64,000 bases of DNA. Origin: Squalus acanthias (taxonomy: Eukaryota). Position 1 is the stretch's first letter. The number at the start of each line of letters is the position of its first letter. The notes under the pieces are model-generated. The model was not told the DNA's origin. It did no database searches and was given only the letters and a program-made list of their open reading frames with translations. This document shows, piece by piece, positions 48,444-62,545 of the stretch. The position numbers were made by a program, and so were the translations under genes. Location of the stretch: the NCBI GenBank assembly GCA_030390025.1, contig CM059432.1, positions 56,918,001 through 56,982,000 on the forward strand. The letters run 5' to 3'.

Positions 48444-50021
48444 CCTAACCAGTGATTTGTAAAGGTTTAGCATGACTTCCCTGTTTTTGTATTCAATGCC
48501 TCTATTTATGAAGCCAAGTATCCCATATGCTTTCTTAGCCACCTTATCAACTTGCCCTGCCACCTTCAAGATTTGTGAATATGCACCCTTCGGTACCTCT
48601 GCTCTTGCACTCAAAATAGTACAATTTAAATTATACAGCCTCTCCATGTTGTTCCTCCCAAAGTGTATCACTTCACACTTCATGCCCTTTAAACTGTACA
48701 TCATCAAAATATAATAGTGATTGAGAAGTGTGAAAAATTAAATTACGGATTTCAGACTTGCTGTACGCCCTAACTCCTGTAACAGTTTAGCCACTCTTAT
48801 ACTGCCGCTAGTTTAGGCCCAATTCCACGATGACTGCATTTGTGAGCTGGCAACTACCATTTTACTAAATCCAGCTCCTTTATTCCAGGGGTAGAATTGA
48901 AGACACAATATAAAAGCAGTTTAAAATAAGTCTTGGGAACGATAATTTTATACTTGGAGAACATTTTACAATTCAGAAATGCTACTCTGAAGTTGAGGAC
49001 AGTGGAACAGGATTAAAATTCACACACAAATTTGAGATATTTTAATTAAATTGGGATAGTTGAATGGCACGTTTTCTTAGAGAAAAATTAAATTTTTGTA
49101 CTGAAATAAATGTTAGACTGCATAACATACAACAAATGTCTCACAGTGAGTTTACAGCAATAATTCAATCTCCCTGTTCTGTTAACGTTCATCAATCATT
49201 TGAGCTTCACTTTCCTGGTTTATGGTTCATCAAATGAATTACTGCCTTATATCTCACTGCCAACCATTTATTATAATGTGCGTGGCTATATGAATGAAAA
49301 ATGCCCAATTGAGACATTTAGACAAGCTCGTCCCTTTCTAAAAACAAAAAAAATGATATCACTCTATTCATACGGTGTTGATATACAGTATGTGTTTCAT
49401 CTTTCATAGTCCAATGGCAAGATGGTATGCAGACTCATTGTAATGATGTATCTGTCTCGTCCATGAAGCTTAGTGAGGAAGGAGATACATGGGCTAATAA
49501 TGGAAATATCCTTATATCCGAGAATACGTTGTTCAGCTCATGAAATAATACCAATGCATTTTTAAACGCACTAAATATTTACAGGAAGTTGAAATGTGCT
49601 AAAAAAAAATAATTAAAAACAGCCTCATCTTAAGTCAGTTCTCTGACGACAATAATCATTCTCATGGCTCTTCTATATCCTGCTTCCAGAGGTTAAATGT
49701 TTCCCTTGCGTCTTGGTGACTAGCACTGGATGCAATACCCACGATCTAATCTGACCAGAGCATTGCACAGTTTAAACATGACTACATCAAACTTCAGGTT
49801 TTTTTTGCTGCAGAATACAGCATTCTATTTTCTTTGTTGATTACCATTCTGCAGGAATTGGATATGCCAAATGTCAAGCTATTTCAACACCATTAATGGA
49901 CTACTTACAATTACATTTTTTGGGCTTGACTAAATATTTCCCTCATGCTCAGTGTGAAAGACCACTTCTGTTAGTGAGACCTCACTCTCTTTAAACTGGA
50001 ATGTAACTTTGTGTACACAAT

Positions 50022-50762
50022 GGCCGAGAAATTCGAGTGGCCGGCTTGCCGCGGGGGTAAGGATCGCGCGCACTCTTACCCACCGCGCCTGCCGTTGTGT
50101 TTTGGGCCCACAGGAACTTCGGGTCCCAGGCCTCTCCCAAGAGCCGGCGCGCAGTGCTTGCGTGTTCCAGGGGCGCAGTTAGTGCGATGCGACCCCTGGG
50201 ATCACGTGGGCCATGGAGAGCCAATGGCAGCAGACCATCTTTCATTCATAGATTTGACAGGAGACCTGTCAAATCTGTGAATTGAAATCGGCCCCAAAAG
50301 AACAGCTAAACCTCAAATAAATTTTTTTAAAAACCATCACATTAATAAAATAACTATAGTTAAATAAATTAACCACTTTAAACAAAAATTTTAATTTTTG
50401 AAAAAATTAAAATACTTTTTAAAAGTTATAAAAATAAACTTACCTTTCTTTAAAGTCTCTGAAAAAGATAAACCTGTTGAAAAAAATTTAAAATTATACT
50501 TAATTAACTACTTACCTTGTTCAAAAGGGGTCTTACGCCTCCTTTTTACTTGCGTAGAATCTTCCATACTTACCCTCGAGTTGAAACCTGAAAAAAAACC
50601 TAAGTGTGCTGCGTGCGCGCAGCCTCTAGTGCGCACGCGGTTCACCTAGGAACCGCCCCCTTCGCCATACCGGAAGTGTCGGTTTCCCGCGCATGCGCAG
50701 TGCATGCAGGAAACCGGCACTTCGGGAATGAATACGAGTGAATACGGCCGAATTTTTGGGCC
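50022..50762. mobile_element. PIF/Harbinger-type MITE, inverted relative of 27771-28534
   Basis: TIRs GGCCGAGAAATTCG / CGAATTTTTGGGCC; TSD AAT. Confidence 0.88.
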
Positions 50763-51428
50763 AATAATGTAACAATGCCTTGAGATTAAACAGAAACCTT
50801 TGTTACTGTTTGTTAATGTATATTAACACATTGAAATTGGTACAGGCCCACTCATATTCTTTGAACAGCAGAAAAATAAACACTCCAAAAATCCATACGA
50901 CTTGGGTTATACACTATAATTAAGGATTATTAAAAATAGGTAGTAATGGAACATAGCATATTAAACTTGAACATAGAACCTCTACAAGATGTGAGAATTC
51001 CATAATTTCCTTAGTAATATTAAATATTGACCAGCATCTATGATATAACTTCTATGTGAGGATTCAATCCACTAACATGGAGTCCCCGACTCCTTAGTCT
51101 CTATCTCAATGGGCTCAAAAAAGCTGATGAACTGGGAGAAAGCTGTTACGTTTATCCTCAGAATCAATTGCTCCTGGCTATATATCTGCCCTTCACATTG
51201 CAAAGGATCAGGATTCTCTCCCCTCACGAAGCAATCTCAAGTCTTTCATCTCGTCCCAGTTCAAAGCCAAGCTGTGAAAGGCTTGCTAGCAGGTACCTTG
51301 TTAAGACAAACCTGATTTAGCTATGCCTCCTGTAGTCAGGTAAACAAGATTAAGTCGTCTTTTCACCTATGATCTTGACCAATAATCCTCATTCAATTGT
51401 CTATCTAAAAGCAGTGATCATATACCTT

Positions 51429-51955
51429 CATCGAGCAGAAACTGATAGCCAAGTTCCGCACCCATGAGGACGGCCTCAACCGGGATCTTGGGTTCATGTC
51501 ACGCTACATGACGTAGAGTCTTCCAGACTCGAGTCGTCATTGGCTTGTTCACAGATGTGATTTCCAGTAAAAAAAAGTAAAAAGTTTAAAGTTTATGGTT
51601 TTCCATACAGACTGCAGCATTTGACACATTAGACCCCCTGTGACCCCACCTCGTTGTCTTAGTTGTATTTTGCTATGTCTTTGATATAATGCCTTCCTGA
51701 CTGACCTGATTGTTTCTCTGCTGAGGTGTGATAAAAGGCAGTCAGAAAGATTAACTGTAGTCGTCTGACATTGTACGCTGCACAGGCATTGTTCTCTGTC
51801 TATATATGCATTGCCGATTCGTATTCCTTCACTTCACCAGACGAAGGAGCAGCAGCTCTGAAAGCTTGTGATTTCAAATAAAACTGTTGGACTATAACCT
51901 GGTGTTGTGCAACTTCTCACTTTTGTCCACCCCAGTCCAACACCTGCATCTCCGC
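51429..51955 (+). mobile_element. Penelope family B fragment (GIY-YIG C-terminus plus pLTR) with a mutated hammerhead (CAGACGA, 51834-51871)
   Basis: IEQKLIAKFRTHEDGLNRDLGFMSRYMT*; TSD ATCATATACCTT at 51417-51428 and 51956-51967. Confidence 0.87.
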
Positions 51956-52295
51956 ATCATATACCTTTGAAGCAACATTTTCCATACCAGACAGTCATCT
52001 GCACCCTTTTCCAACATAAAAGTAGAGATACCAACAGTTGGGAGATTCTTTTTCAATTAGCAATAATCAAATTTAAAGTGACCATAAATGTACATATTTC
52101 AAATCATCATAAAGTATCTATTTTAATATGACTGATCTTTCCCCTCCATACAATATCCACTTGTGTTGTACTTGTAACATTTTTGAATATTTGACTACTT
52201 TACCTAGATTGAATTTATTTATATTATGATGCTGTTAAGTTAAATTCGGCTCATGTGGGATTAAGCGCACAAAACTTCTGGGATTGGAGATCAGG

Positions 52296-54696
52296 TCATA
52301 GAGTCATAATGGCTCAGAAGGAGGCCATTCGGCCCATCGAATCCGTGCCGGCTCTCTGGAGAGCAGTCCAGTCAGTCCCATTACCCCGTGCTATACCCGT
52401 AGACCTGCAAGTTTATTTCCCTCAAGTGCCTATCCAGTCTCCCCTTGAAAACATTGAGTGTCTTCGCTTCCACCACTTCCGTCGGCAGCGAATTCCAGGT
52501 CATCACCACTCGCTGCGTAAAAAAGTTTTCCCTCACTTCCCCCCTGTATCTCTTGCCCAAAACCTTAAATCTGTGTCCCCTAGTCCTTGTACCATCAACT
52601 AGTGGGAACAGCCTTTCCCCGTCTAGCCTATCCAAACCCGTCATAATCTTGTACACCTCTATCAAATCATCCCTCAACCTCCTTTGCTCTAATGAAAACA
52701 AATCCAGCTTCTGCAACCTGTCCTTGTAGCTAAGATCCCCCATCCCCAGAACCATTCTGGTAAATCTCCTCTGCATCCTCTCAAGGGCCTTCAGATCCTT
52801 CCTAAAGTGCGGTGACCAGAACTGGACGCAATACTCCAGTTGTGGCCTAACCAGCGCTTTATAAAGGTTCAGCATAACTTCTCTACTTTTGTACTCAATA
52901 CCTCTATTTATGAAGCCCAAGATCCCATATGCTTTGTTAACCACTCTCTCAATATGTCCTGCCACCTTCAGGGACCTATGCACATTAACTCCCAGGTCCC
53001 TCTGTCCCTGCACACTCTTTAGAACTGTGCCATTAAGTGTATATTGCCTCTCCCTGTTCCTTCTGCCAAAATGCATCACCTCACACTTCTCTGTATTAAA
53101 TTCCATCTGCCACTTGTCTGCCCATTCTGCTAGCCTTTCTACGTCCTGTTGCAGTCGATTGATATCATCCTCAGTGTTTGCCACACCCCCAGGTTTGGTG
53201 TCATAGGCAAATTTAGAAATTCTACTCTGTATTCCAGTATCCAGGTCATTTATATATCTATCAAAAAAAGCAGTGGCCCCAGCACTGACCCTTGGGGAAC
53301 ATCACTGTTTACCATCCTCCAGTCTGAAAAACAGCCATTTACCACAACTCGCTGTTTTCTGTCCTTAAGCCAATTCCTTATACATGCTGCCACTGACCCA
53401 CTTATTCCATGAGCCTCAATTTTGTTAACCAGCCTTCTATGTGGAACTTTGTCAAATGCCTTCCGAAAATCCATGTACACAACATCCATTGCATTCCCCA
53501 ATCATCTCTGTTACTTCATCAAAAAATTCAATTAGATTAGTCAAACATAATCTGCCTTTTACAAACTCGTGTTGGCTCCTTACTTAGCTTAAACCTCTCC
53601 AAGTGCCTGTTAATTTTTTTCTTGATTATTGTTTCTAAAACTTTACCCACCACTGATGTTAAACTGACCGGCCTGTAGTTACTAGGATTATCCTTACACC
53701 CTTTCTTGAACAATCGTGTCACATTTGTCACTTTCCAGTCCTCAGGCACCTCCCTCGCATCTAGGGAAGATTGGAAAATTATGGCATGCTCTTTGCTATC
53801 TCCTCCCCCAATTCCCTTAGCAACCTGGGATGAAAGCCATCTGGACCAGGCGACTTGTCACTCTAAGCATATCCAGCCTTTCTAGTACATCCTGTCTATC
53901 AATTTTCACCCCTTCCATTGCTTCTACCTCTTCCACTTCTACCGATATTTTGTCAGCATCCACCTCCTTAGTAAACACCGATACAAAGTGCTCATTGAGT
54001 ATTCTAGCCTTGCCCTGCGCATCTAAGCATATATCACCTTCTTTGTCTCTAATAGGCCCCACCCCGCCTCTTACTACCCGCTTACTGTTTACATGCTGGT
54101 AGAAGATTTTAGGGTTCCCTTTTATGTTAATCGCCATTCTACTCTCATATTCTCTCTTTGCCAATCTCATTTTCATCTTCACCTCCCCTCTCAACTTATT
54201 GTATTTGGTCTGGTTCTCCCTTGAAGAATTCACCTGACATGCATCATACACCCTCTTTTTTTGTTTCATCATCTTCTCTATCTCCCTCGTCATCCAAGGA
54301 GCCCTTGCTTTGGTTCCCTTACCCTTCCCTCTTGTTGGAATGTACCTAGCCTGTATTTGGAACATCTCCTCCTTAAAGATCACCCATTGTTCCGTTACAG
54401 TTTTTCCTGCTAGTCTTTGGTTCCATTTTACCCTGGTTAGATCCTTTCGCATCCCATTGAAGTTAGCCCTATTCCAGTTTAGAAGTTCCACTCCTGATTG
54501 TTCCTTGCTCCTCTCCATTGCTAATCTAAATCTTATGATACGATGATCACTTGTACCCAAGTGTTCTCCCACAGACACTTGGTCGACCTGGCCCACCTTA
54601 TTCCCCAGCACCAGATCCAGCAATGCCTCCTTCCTAGTTGGGCCAAGAACATATTAATCAAGGAAATTCTCCTGAACACATTTCAGAAATTCCTCC
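52296..54696 (-). mobile_element. CR1 LINE, 5'-truncated within APE
   Basis: ORFs 52381-53184, 53250-53501, 53537-53749 and 53817-54623 ([27 protein letters not shown]). Confidence 0.95.
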
Positions 54697-56679
54697 AGAA
54701 ACGTCTGCCAGCATGATCTTCACTAATACATTCTAGCAATATTTACACTTAATATGCTGGAATGATCCATTCATTTGAGCTCAGGGAGGCGGGTGCTGTA
54801 GCTGCCAGAGGTGCCACACCTAGGAGGGCAGTAGTGAATTTGATTGACAGCTCAACTGGCCAATCCCTTACACAGCTGGGGGACGGACAGTGGTGACATT
54901 TTTGGCTTCACATGCAGCTGGATCACAAGTGAGCCTATAGAAATTTGGAATGGAAAACAGAGATTTTGCTAATCTATAAAGTGCTAATGGGCAGAATGTC
55001 ATGTTTTAATATTTTCTATGTTATGAAGAACATTATGAAATAGTTTAAAATTTATTTCAAGCATATTCTGTTCAGTTTACAGTTAAACTCATCTCACTGG
55101 AATGTTTATCAATCCGCCTTCCAGATGATAGGAAAAATTCACATGGGAGTATGTGCAAGATTACAGTATTCAAAACATACACTGAGGGGTTTTACTATTG
55201 CAATCCTCAGGTCCCGCTATTATATGACTGGATATTGGCCAGTAAAAGTAAACTCCTGATCACAGGTCTACTTACTTGAGTCCCAGGGCCACTGAGCCTG
55301 AGAGAATATGTTGTGCAGGCCTGAAATTTGTCTGTACTAGATTTTGTCTTCCACTGTTCTGTCCACTTACATATTTTGTCTTGCATATTTTGTAGTTTCT
55401 TTTTCTCCCAGATCTAAATTGGAGAATATTCCAATATAAAAGGATGTGATATTAGTTTTGAAGGTCATGATATTTCACTACAGTATTTAAGTTTAACCTT
55501 CCCAAGAAAGTGAAAGTAGTAAATGGCTGATTGGGGCACAGAAAATAATTTACGGAATTGTGTTTGAAAATCACAACTCTGAAAGCCAAAGGGCGAGCTG
55601 GTATTGTGCTCCACAATGTCATGAGTTGAATTGTCAATCATCCCATATTCCTTGAACCATGTATGAATACAATAATAAAAGTAAACTGAATTTCAAAGTT
55701 CAAAATGTAGATGACAGTTATAACCTCACAGGACTGGATCTCATTTAATATCATATCAACTTTACCTCTGGGATGCCAAATACCCAAGATGTTTGGTGTA
55801 TTGCATTCTTGATATTTATTGCATTGATTTTTTTAATAGCTTTTTTATGTAGCCCAGTATTAAAACATAAATATATTGCAAGATTTGAAGTTCAGTAACT
55901 AAATATTTACAGATTTCAACTTTTAATGTATAAATGTTTCTTTCATCAGATATGTAAATTTCAGACTATTCTTAAAGTGAACAATATATGACTTTACACA
56001 ACAAAATGTTGGTCATGTAATTGTTGTGGTATTCGAGAGGGTTAGTAATCAGGTGTGGGTTTTGTTGGCACTTGGGGATTCAATTGTTCACTTGTGGGCT
56101 TATAAATACAATGGAAAGAATTGATTTAGTTTTAGTTATTAAATGTTAGCGTCTGATTTGGCAAGTCATAAAGGAAACCAATTGATTCTTGTCTACTGAT
56201 ACACTCGTGTATGCCAAATGGTGGATTGGTGCACTGTTGGATGACATAATAAATTATTCTAATTATCTACTGACATCAAGGACAATGGATGACATGGGAT
56301 TTGGGTTGAATTAATCGATCTGTTTTCAATCCCATTTTGTTACTAGAATAAAGTTTGGATCATGCACAAAGAATTGACAACTGAATATGCAGCAATGAGC
56401 TTAAAAATATCGACTACATAAAAAGGCCACTTTGATCAATTCAATTATGAATATAGTGTTTTGTATAATTTATAGCACTAGTGCTAGATAATTAAAATTA
56501 TTTTCCACTTTGCCTCTGGCATCAATGCTGAGCAATCAACAGTTTGGAATCATTTAACTACTGGCAGTGTACACTCAGCTCAGACTAGCATGTGACAATA
56601 CACACTCGATCTCAAACACCTACTCTTCCTTCTGGTTTTTTTAATTCCCTCAAATTAAATTCATTTTTTTCTTTCAAAT

Positions 56680-57785
56680 ATTTTCCTCTTTAATTTTCCC
56701 CCTTATCATTACTGCCTTCAGCAGAGGCATTCACAGAGGGCTATGGTCCCATGGGCATCATCTCTCCCTTCCAAGTGGTATTATTCATGTTTGAGGCTGG
56801 AAAGTGAGAGTCATCATAACCAATCTTTATCCATTTCTCCATGCATTCCCCCAGCAAGGGATCACTGGAGGGAGATTAGGAATCAGATTCCTAGAAGAGA
56901 CGCATCAGTTTCCCCCACTCCCTACCCCTTCCCCCCCCGCCCCCCCCCCCCAACCCTGGCCAAGATTGGGTAACTCAATCCAGATCAAGCCTTGAGATTG
57001 GGTGCCTTTGTGCCTCCTGTTAGCACCCCCGGGGGGGCGCTAACGGGGCGCAAATGGCTTTGCGACCGGGCGCGACGCTGAAATCGACTCCCGCTATACT
57101 TGGCAGGAGTTTTACGGTGGCGCTACGACGTTGCACCCCGATCTCCTTCACCCAGAGATTGTGATGTCATTGCCGTGCGCATCGCCCCGGTAGCGGCCTG
57201 GACCCGAAATTGACTTCTGCCCCCTGCAGCAGTGCTGGTCGAAAACACCGACAGCTGCAGGAGGCATGCATTGAGCGGCCGGCCGCTTCGGGGGCGATGA
57301 TTAAAGGCGAGGTGGCCGAGGTAAGTGGGAAAAAAGACTTACTTTTCCTGTTCTAGTTTTTTTCGCAAGTTCCTGCCCGCGATCGATCAGCCCAACACTC
57401 TACTTGAGTGCTGGGCTGATCGCGCGGGATCGCGGCTGCCTTGGTGGTCCAAGTAGGTACTTTTTAGATTGCAGAGCCTACAGTGAGGGCCCTTCCCTTT
57501 AAGGGAGGAAAGGTGCCTTTGAACGTGGCAGCTCTGCACGGCCCAGTGTGCAGCGCTGCTGACGTCTCCACCCCGCTCTCTGACTTTAGCGCCCTAAGAA
57601 GGAAGTGCTCCACTTCCCTCTTGGGGGAGCTAAAACTCAATTTTGCGGTCGCCGGGCGCGAAAGTTAGCGCCCAGGCGATGCTAGCGCTCCAAAATGGTC
57701 GATACCGATTTTTTCCCCCCATAACTTTGCTGAAATATATGACTCAATGCCGTATCACATGTTATGTTTACTCCACAAGCTAATC
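56680..57785 (-). mobile_element. old tRNA SINE interrupted by a MITE
   Basis: Decayed relative of 5200-5530; head remnant at ~57730-57785. Confidence 0.35.
56990..57720. mobile_element. CpG-rich Harbinger-type MITE; left boundary uncertain
   Basis: Right end ACCGATTTTTTCCCCCC; repeated GTTAGCGCCC / GGGCGCTAAC subterminal motifs; internal palindrome GATCAGCCCAACACTC..GAGTGCTGGGCTGATC. Confidence 0.6.
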
Positions 57786-58372
57786 ACATAAGCCATTCTT
57801 CATTCATTGCTAACATCCTGAGGCATTCTATGCTATGAGCTTATGTCCTCCATACTTGGGTTGTCAATCTGTGAATTTGAACTAGACTGCTATTTATAAA
57901 AGCACTGTCATGCTGTCAACTGCATTTAACAATATTTTCCTGAGATGGACTATTGGTTTTTCTTTCCTTGGAAGCCATTTTGGTGCTTTATTTGAGCTAT
58001 TTGGTGAGCAGTCTGACTAATTTCCTTGGCAGTCTGTTGGGGAGGTGTGGGAAGGGAATAAACTCTGTCTTTTAGAGTATCTATTGTAGAATTCCTCTAT
58101 TTTACAGAAAAAATTACCTCTATATAGATACAGGAAGGAAAATAAGGAACATAATATCCAGGGAAATGTGAACAAGCTGCCCCATTAATAGCACATTAAC
58201 AGTTGCAGTTTTCAAACAAAATGCTCGTATAGGTGTTTGCTTTTGGATGTCTTTGCTATATAGCTAAATGCCACAGGGTCAAGTTCCACTTGTTTACACT
58301 AATAATAGTAGTGCAATCTGGGCAGAATCTGCCGAACCAGTGCAAACGATCGGGGGATTTTAAACGTGCGTT

Positions 58373-60657
58373 ACATAAGAACATAAGAAATAGGAGCAGG
58401 AGGCCATTTGGCCCTTCGAGCCTGCTCCGCCATTCAATAAGATAATGGCTGATCTTCTACCTCATCGCCACTTTCCTGCACTATCACCATATCCCTTGAT
58501 TCCCTTAATATTCAAAAATCTATCGATCTCTGTCTAGAATATACACAACAACTGAGCTTCCACAGCCCTCTGGGGTAGAGAATTCCAGAGATTCACCACC
58601 CTCTGAGTGAAGAAATTTCTCCTCATCTCAGTCCTAAATGGTCGACCCCTTATTCTGAGACTGTGACCCCTGGTTTTAGATTCCCCAGCCAGGGGAAACA
58701 TCCTCCCTGCATCTACCCTGTCAAGTCCTGTAAGAATTTTGTATGTTTCAATGAGATCTCCTCTCATTCTTCTACTAGAGAATATCAGCCTAGTCTACTC
58801 AATCACTCCTCATAGGACAATCCCCCCATCCTAGGAACCAGTCTGGTGAACCTTCGTTGCACTCCCTCTATGGCAAGTATATCCTTCCTGAGGTAAGGTG
58901 ACCAACAATGTACACAATTCTCCAGGTGTGGTAATGCATCCACTATCTCTATAGCCACCTCTTTCAACACCCTAGGATATAGGCCATCAGGTCCAGGGGA
59001 TTTATCGGCTTTCAGTTCCATTAATTTCTCCAGTACTATTTTTTTTACTAATACTAATTTCTTTCAGTTCCTCATTCTTGCTAGACCCTTAGTTCTCCAC
59101 TATTTCCGGGAAGTTTTTTGCGTCTTCTTCCGTGAAGACAGACACAAATTATTTGTTTAATTTCACTGCCATTTCCTTATTCTCCATTATAATTTATCCT
59201 GTCTCAGCCTGTGAGGGACCCACATTTACTTTTGCTAATCTTTTCCTTTTTACATACCTACAGAAGCTATTACACTCTGTTTCTTTGGGCTGGATTTTAC
59301 CTTTCGATGCGGTTTGGGGGCGGGACAGCTGCCTTCCGGGTTCCAATCCCGCCCCCAATGACGTCCGACGCACAGACGCTATTTTGCGTCAGTTGACCTT
59401 GTTAAGCCCGCCCGCCCAATTAAGAGAAAGTCGGTGTCAGATGACGTCAGTTGATGACGTGTCATCTGCTGGTTTTCTTAAAGGGGCCACACACCTTTTT
59501 TTGACAGGTGATTTTTCAGTGTTTGACAGCATTGAGGTGCTGCAAACACTGACAATCACTGTACAAAGGTGAGCCCTTGCATCCAGGCTCTCCAGTGACT
59601 CCCTCCTTAGGCTAGAACAGATGGCAGCTGCAGGTGAAGTTACAGAAGCGATCTGTCACTGGTGAGAAAGGTTCTCCCAATGAGGTGGAACTACACAAAC
59701 ACTTCAAAACTTGTTACCTACAGAAAAGTCTAAATGCATTAAAAATTATTTTCCCAACATTTTCTTACCTCTGAAACTCACCAGTGTACCATTGGATCCT
59801 TCACACCACTTCTGCAGCTGTCATCAATGAAGAAACATGACAGTAGATCCACAGCACACCACACTTACCCTGGCGTGGTGTCCGGATGTCGGGAAGCCCG
59901 CAGTAGACCTGTCAAAATTGGAAAAAGCCTCTTAACTGCCTGTTAACAAGCAGTTAAGTGCCTATAATCCTCTTCTCGCCATTGGGTATCGGGGACCCGA
60001 CACCTAGGAAGATTGTTTGGAGACAGCCTGACAGCGGGTTCGGGACCTGCTGTCAGTCTTTGCAATTTTGCCGCCGGTCCTGCCTCCAAACCCGCCCCCT
60101 GAGCACCGTCAAAATTCCCCCCTCTGTCTCTCGCTAGCTTACTCTCATATTCTATTTTCCGTTTCTTTATCAATTTCTTGGCCCTCCTTTGCTGAATTCT
60201 AAAATCCTCCCAATCCTCAGGCTTACTACTCTTTTTGGCAACATTATAAGCCTCTTCCATTGATCTAATACTATCTTTAACTTCTCTTGTTAGCCACGGT
60301 TGGACCACATTTCCTGTGGGGTTTTTGTGCCTTAAAGGAATGTATATTTGTTGTAAATTATGTATTCTTTAAATGCTCGCCATTGCTTGTCTACTGTCAT
60401 ACCTTTTAATGTAGTTTCCCAATCTACTGTAGCCAACTCGCCCCTCATACCTATGTAGTTTGCTTTGTTTAGATTTAAGACCCTAGTTTCGGATTTAAAT
60501 AAATCACTTTCAAACTCAATATAAAATTCTATCATATTATGGTCACTCTTCCCTAAATGCCCTTTTACTACAAGGTTATTAATTAACCCTTTCTCATTGC
60601 ACAATACTAGATCTAAAATAGCCTGTTCCCTAGTTGGTTCCTCAACATACTGATCTA
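58373..60657 (-). mobile_element. CR1 LINE with an internal deletion of the RT core (junction ~58932) and a MITE insertion
   Basis: ORF 58803-59021 fuses AIEIVDAL directly to PHLENCVHCW; APE motifs at 60332-60670; tail ACATAAGAACATAAGA. Confidence 0.9.
59287..60122. mobile_element. Harbinger deletion derivative
   Basis: TIRs GGGCTGGATTTT / AAAATTCCCCCC; TSD TTT/TCT; 59395-59605 and 59652-59688 match 62655-62880 and 63747-63782. Confidence 0.8.
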
Positions 60658-62545
60658 CGCCCAAAACCACTTGCGTTCATGTTTTCTGTGATCTTTCATT
60701 CTGGTTCAAGATTCAATTCACCCAAATCAGGCCTCGCCCACAAAACTGGCCACACTCCCCCCCCCCCCCCCCCCCCCCCCCAATCGAAATTGCGAGATTC
60801 TGCCAATTGTGCTGGTTCAGGAAGGCTCTTTAAATTACGCTTATTTTCATGGGCGCACAGGCACTAATAGGCATGTTTTAAAAGTATTTTTCATATGAAA
60901 AAATATTTTTACTAAGAAACCGATGAAACTATTAACTGGTTCGATATAGTTTATTTAATTCCTTTTCCGTGGTTTAAAACCAGGTTATTCAAAGGTGGAG
61001 GACTGGACACCCTTATTAAAAATGCTTATTTTTGCTGATACACCCATTTTCAGCTGTATTAATAAAACTGCACCAGGTTTACCTATTTATAATCTAGAGG
61101 TGTTGTTTTTATTTTAAAACTTTCCCCCTATGACACCAAAGCATTCACCTATCTGCTATTGTAAAAATTATGTAAAAGCTGTAGGATTTATTCTTACTAG
61201 TGTAAGATGATACCCATCCTTAACAAACACAACGTATGTTTTATTAATGTTTACATGGATGCAAAAATGTACAGATAATTTCACATCTGTACTGCTCTCA
61301 GTGGCACCTCAGTAATGCTGAACAGTCCATGTAGTAGTTTAGTACACCTATACTTTAATAACAATCTCTGAAGAATTCCTGATGACTTCTCTGCTCTCAT
61401 TACCTTTAAGGCTGAATTTTCAAAGCTGAAAGTGAAAAATTAGGGGCAGTTTTATACATTTTATTCTTGTCCACTGGGAGATGGACGGAGAGTGGCAGAG
61501 CTAATTCTGTTGCTGACCCTTCACCACCTTGTAGAGAAAGAGATAATGATGAGGCAACAGTTGTGAGCTTAATACAAATCTTGGTGCTTAGGGGTTTAAG
61601 GAAGTCTGAGACTCATGCCTTAGCCCACTCTAATGCTGAATATGCTTTATTCATATATCAGGTGCGAACACTTGTATAGTTTTGTTCAATTAACTACTCA
61701 GAGCCACTGGTTCTTGCCTTGCCATGAATTTACTAAATAACATTGAGAATTCTCATGTAGTCATTTGTAATGGAAAAATCTTATCTATACATGTAAGCAT
61801 GATTTGTTGATGAGCCAATTGAATAACAAAATAATTATTGTCTGCCATTTTATTCCTCAGTAACTGAAATTTCTAATATCTAAAATAAAACTTCAAACAT
61901 GATTTAAACATTAATATATTTCACAATACCATGGTCAAGTTTATCGATTAAATTGTTTTTGTGTCTTTTAATGCCTTCATTAACTTGAAGGCCTCAGCCT
62001 CTCCCAAAAGCCAGCCTCCTACTTGATATTGTTGCCCAGAGTTGTGAATCTGTTTACAGAAGGCAGGTCTCACAGTCTGAGCACATGTAATGTGCACAAT
62101 TTCCCAGGATGCATCAGTTGCATTTAAATTAACCAAATGATAAAATGCTACTCTCTCATTCCCTAACAAAACCTATTTGATTGTTTTTTTAAATTATTTG
62201 AAGAAAAGCTAGAGGACAATTGAGATTTATAACGAACTTTTTCACAAAAAAAAGAAACTGCCTGTATGCAAGTTTTTTACATGTATATGCGAGAGAGAAT
62301 AAAATATGATAGCCTGTGCTGATTACAGATCTATCGCAGCTTTAGTTGGTTATCAAATTATAACATACTGTATAAACTTTAGAATGCATATTAAGCACAC
62401 ACACACACTGCCTTTCCTTATTCTAATTTGAGTTTATTTTTTATAAGTTAAATTTTGAAAGCAAAATGAAAACTTCTATCACCTGACTATCATCTGGGTT
62501 TTGTTGATGGTGAGAAAATTTAAATATTCTCGTGACTGACACACA

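Larger units (their letters stand above)
44425..48690 (-). mobile_element. outer CR1 3' fragment in four pieces (44425-44434, 45335-45452, ~46531-46957, 48444-48690) hosting a MITE, a CR1 and an L2
   Basis: Pieces join into a collinear CR1 3' end (tail TAGAATCATAGAA; KAYGILGFINRGIEYK). Confidence 0.8.

Noticed and set aside
49600..49900. Very old CR1 remnant on the minus strand
   Set aside because: Only scattered short similarities; boundaries cannot be set.
55412..55463. Candidate exon after a strong polypyrimidine tract
   Set aside because: Stops in all three frames and a weak donor.
58320..61127. Possible older Harbinger MITE hosting the 58373-60657 CR1
   Set aside because: TIR and TSD matches are too weak to support.
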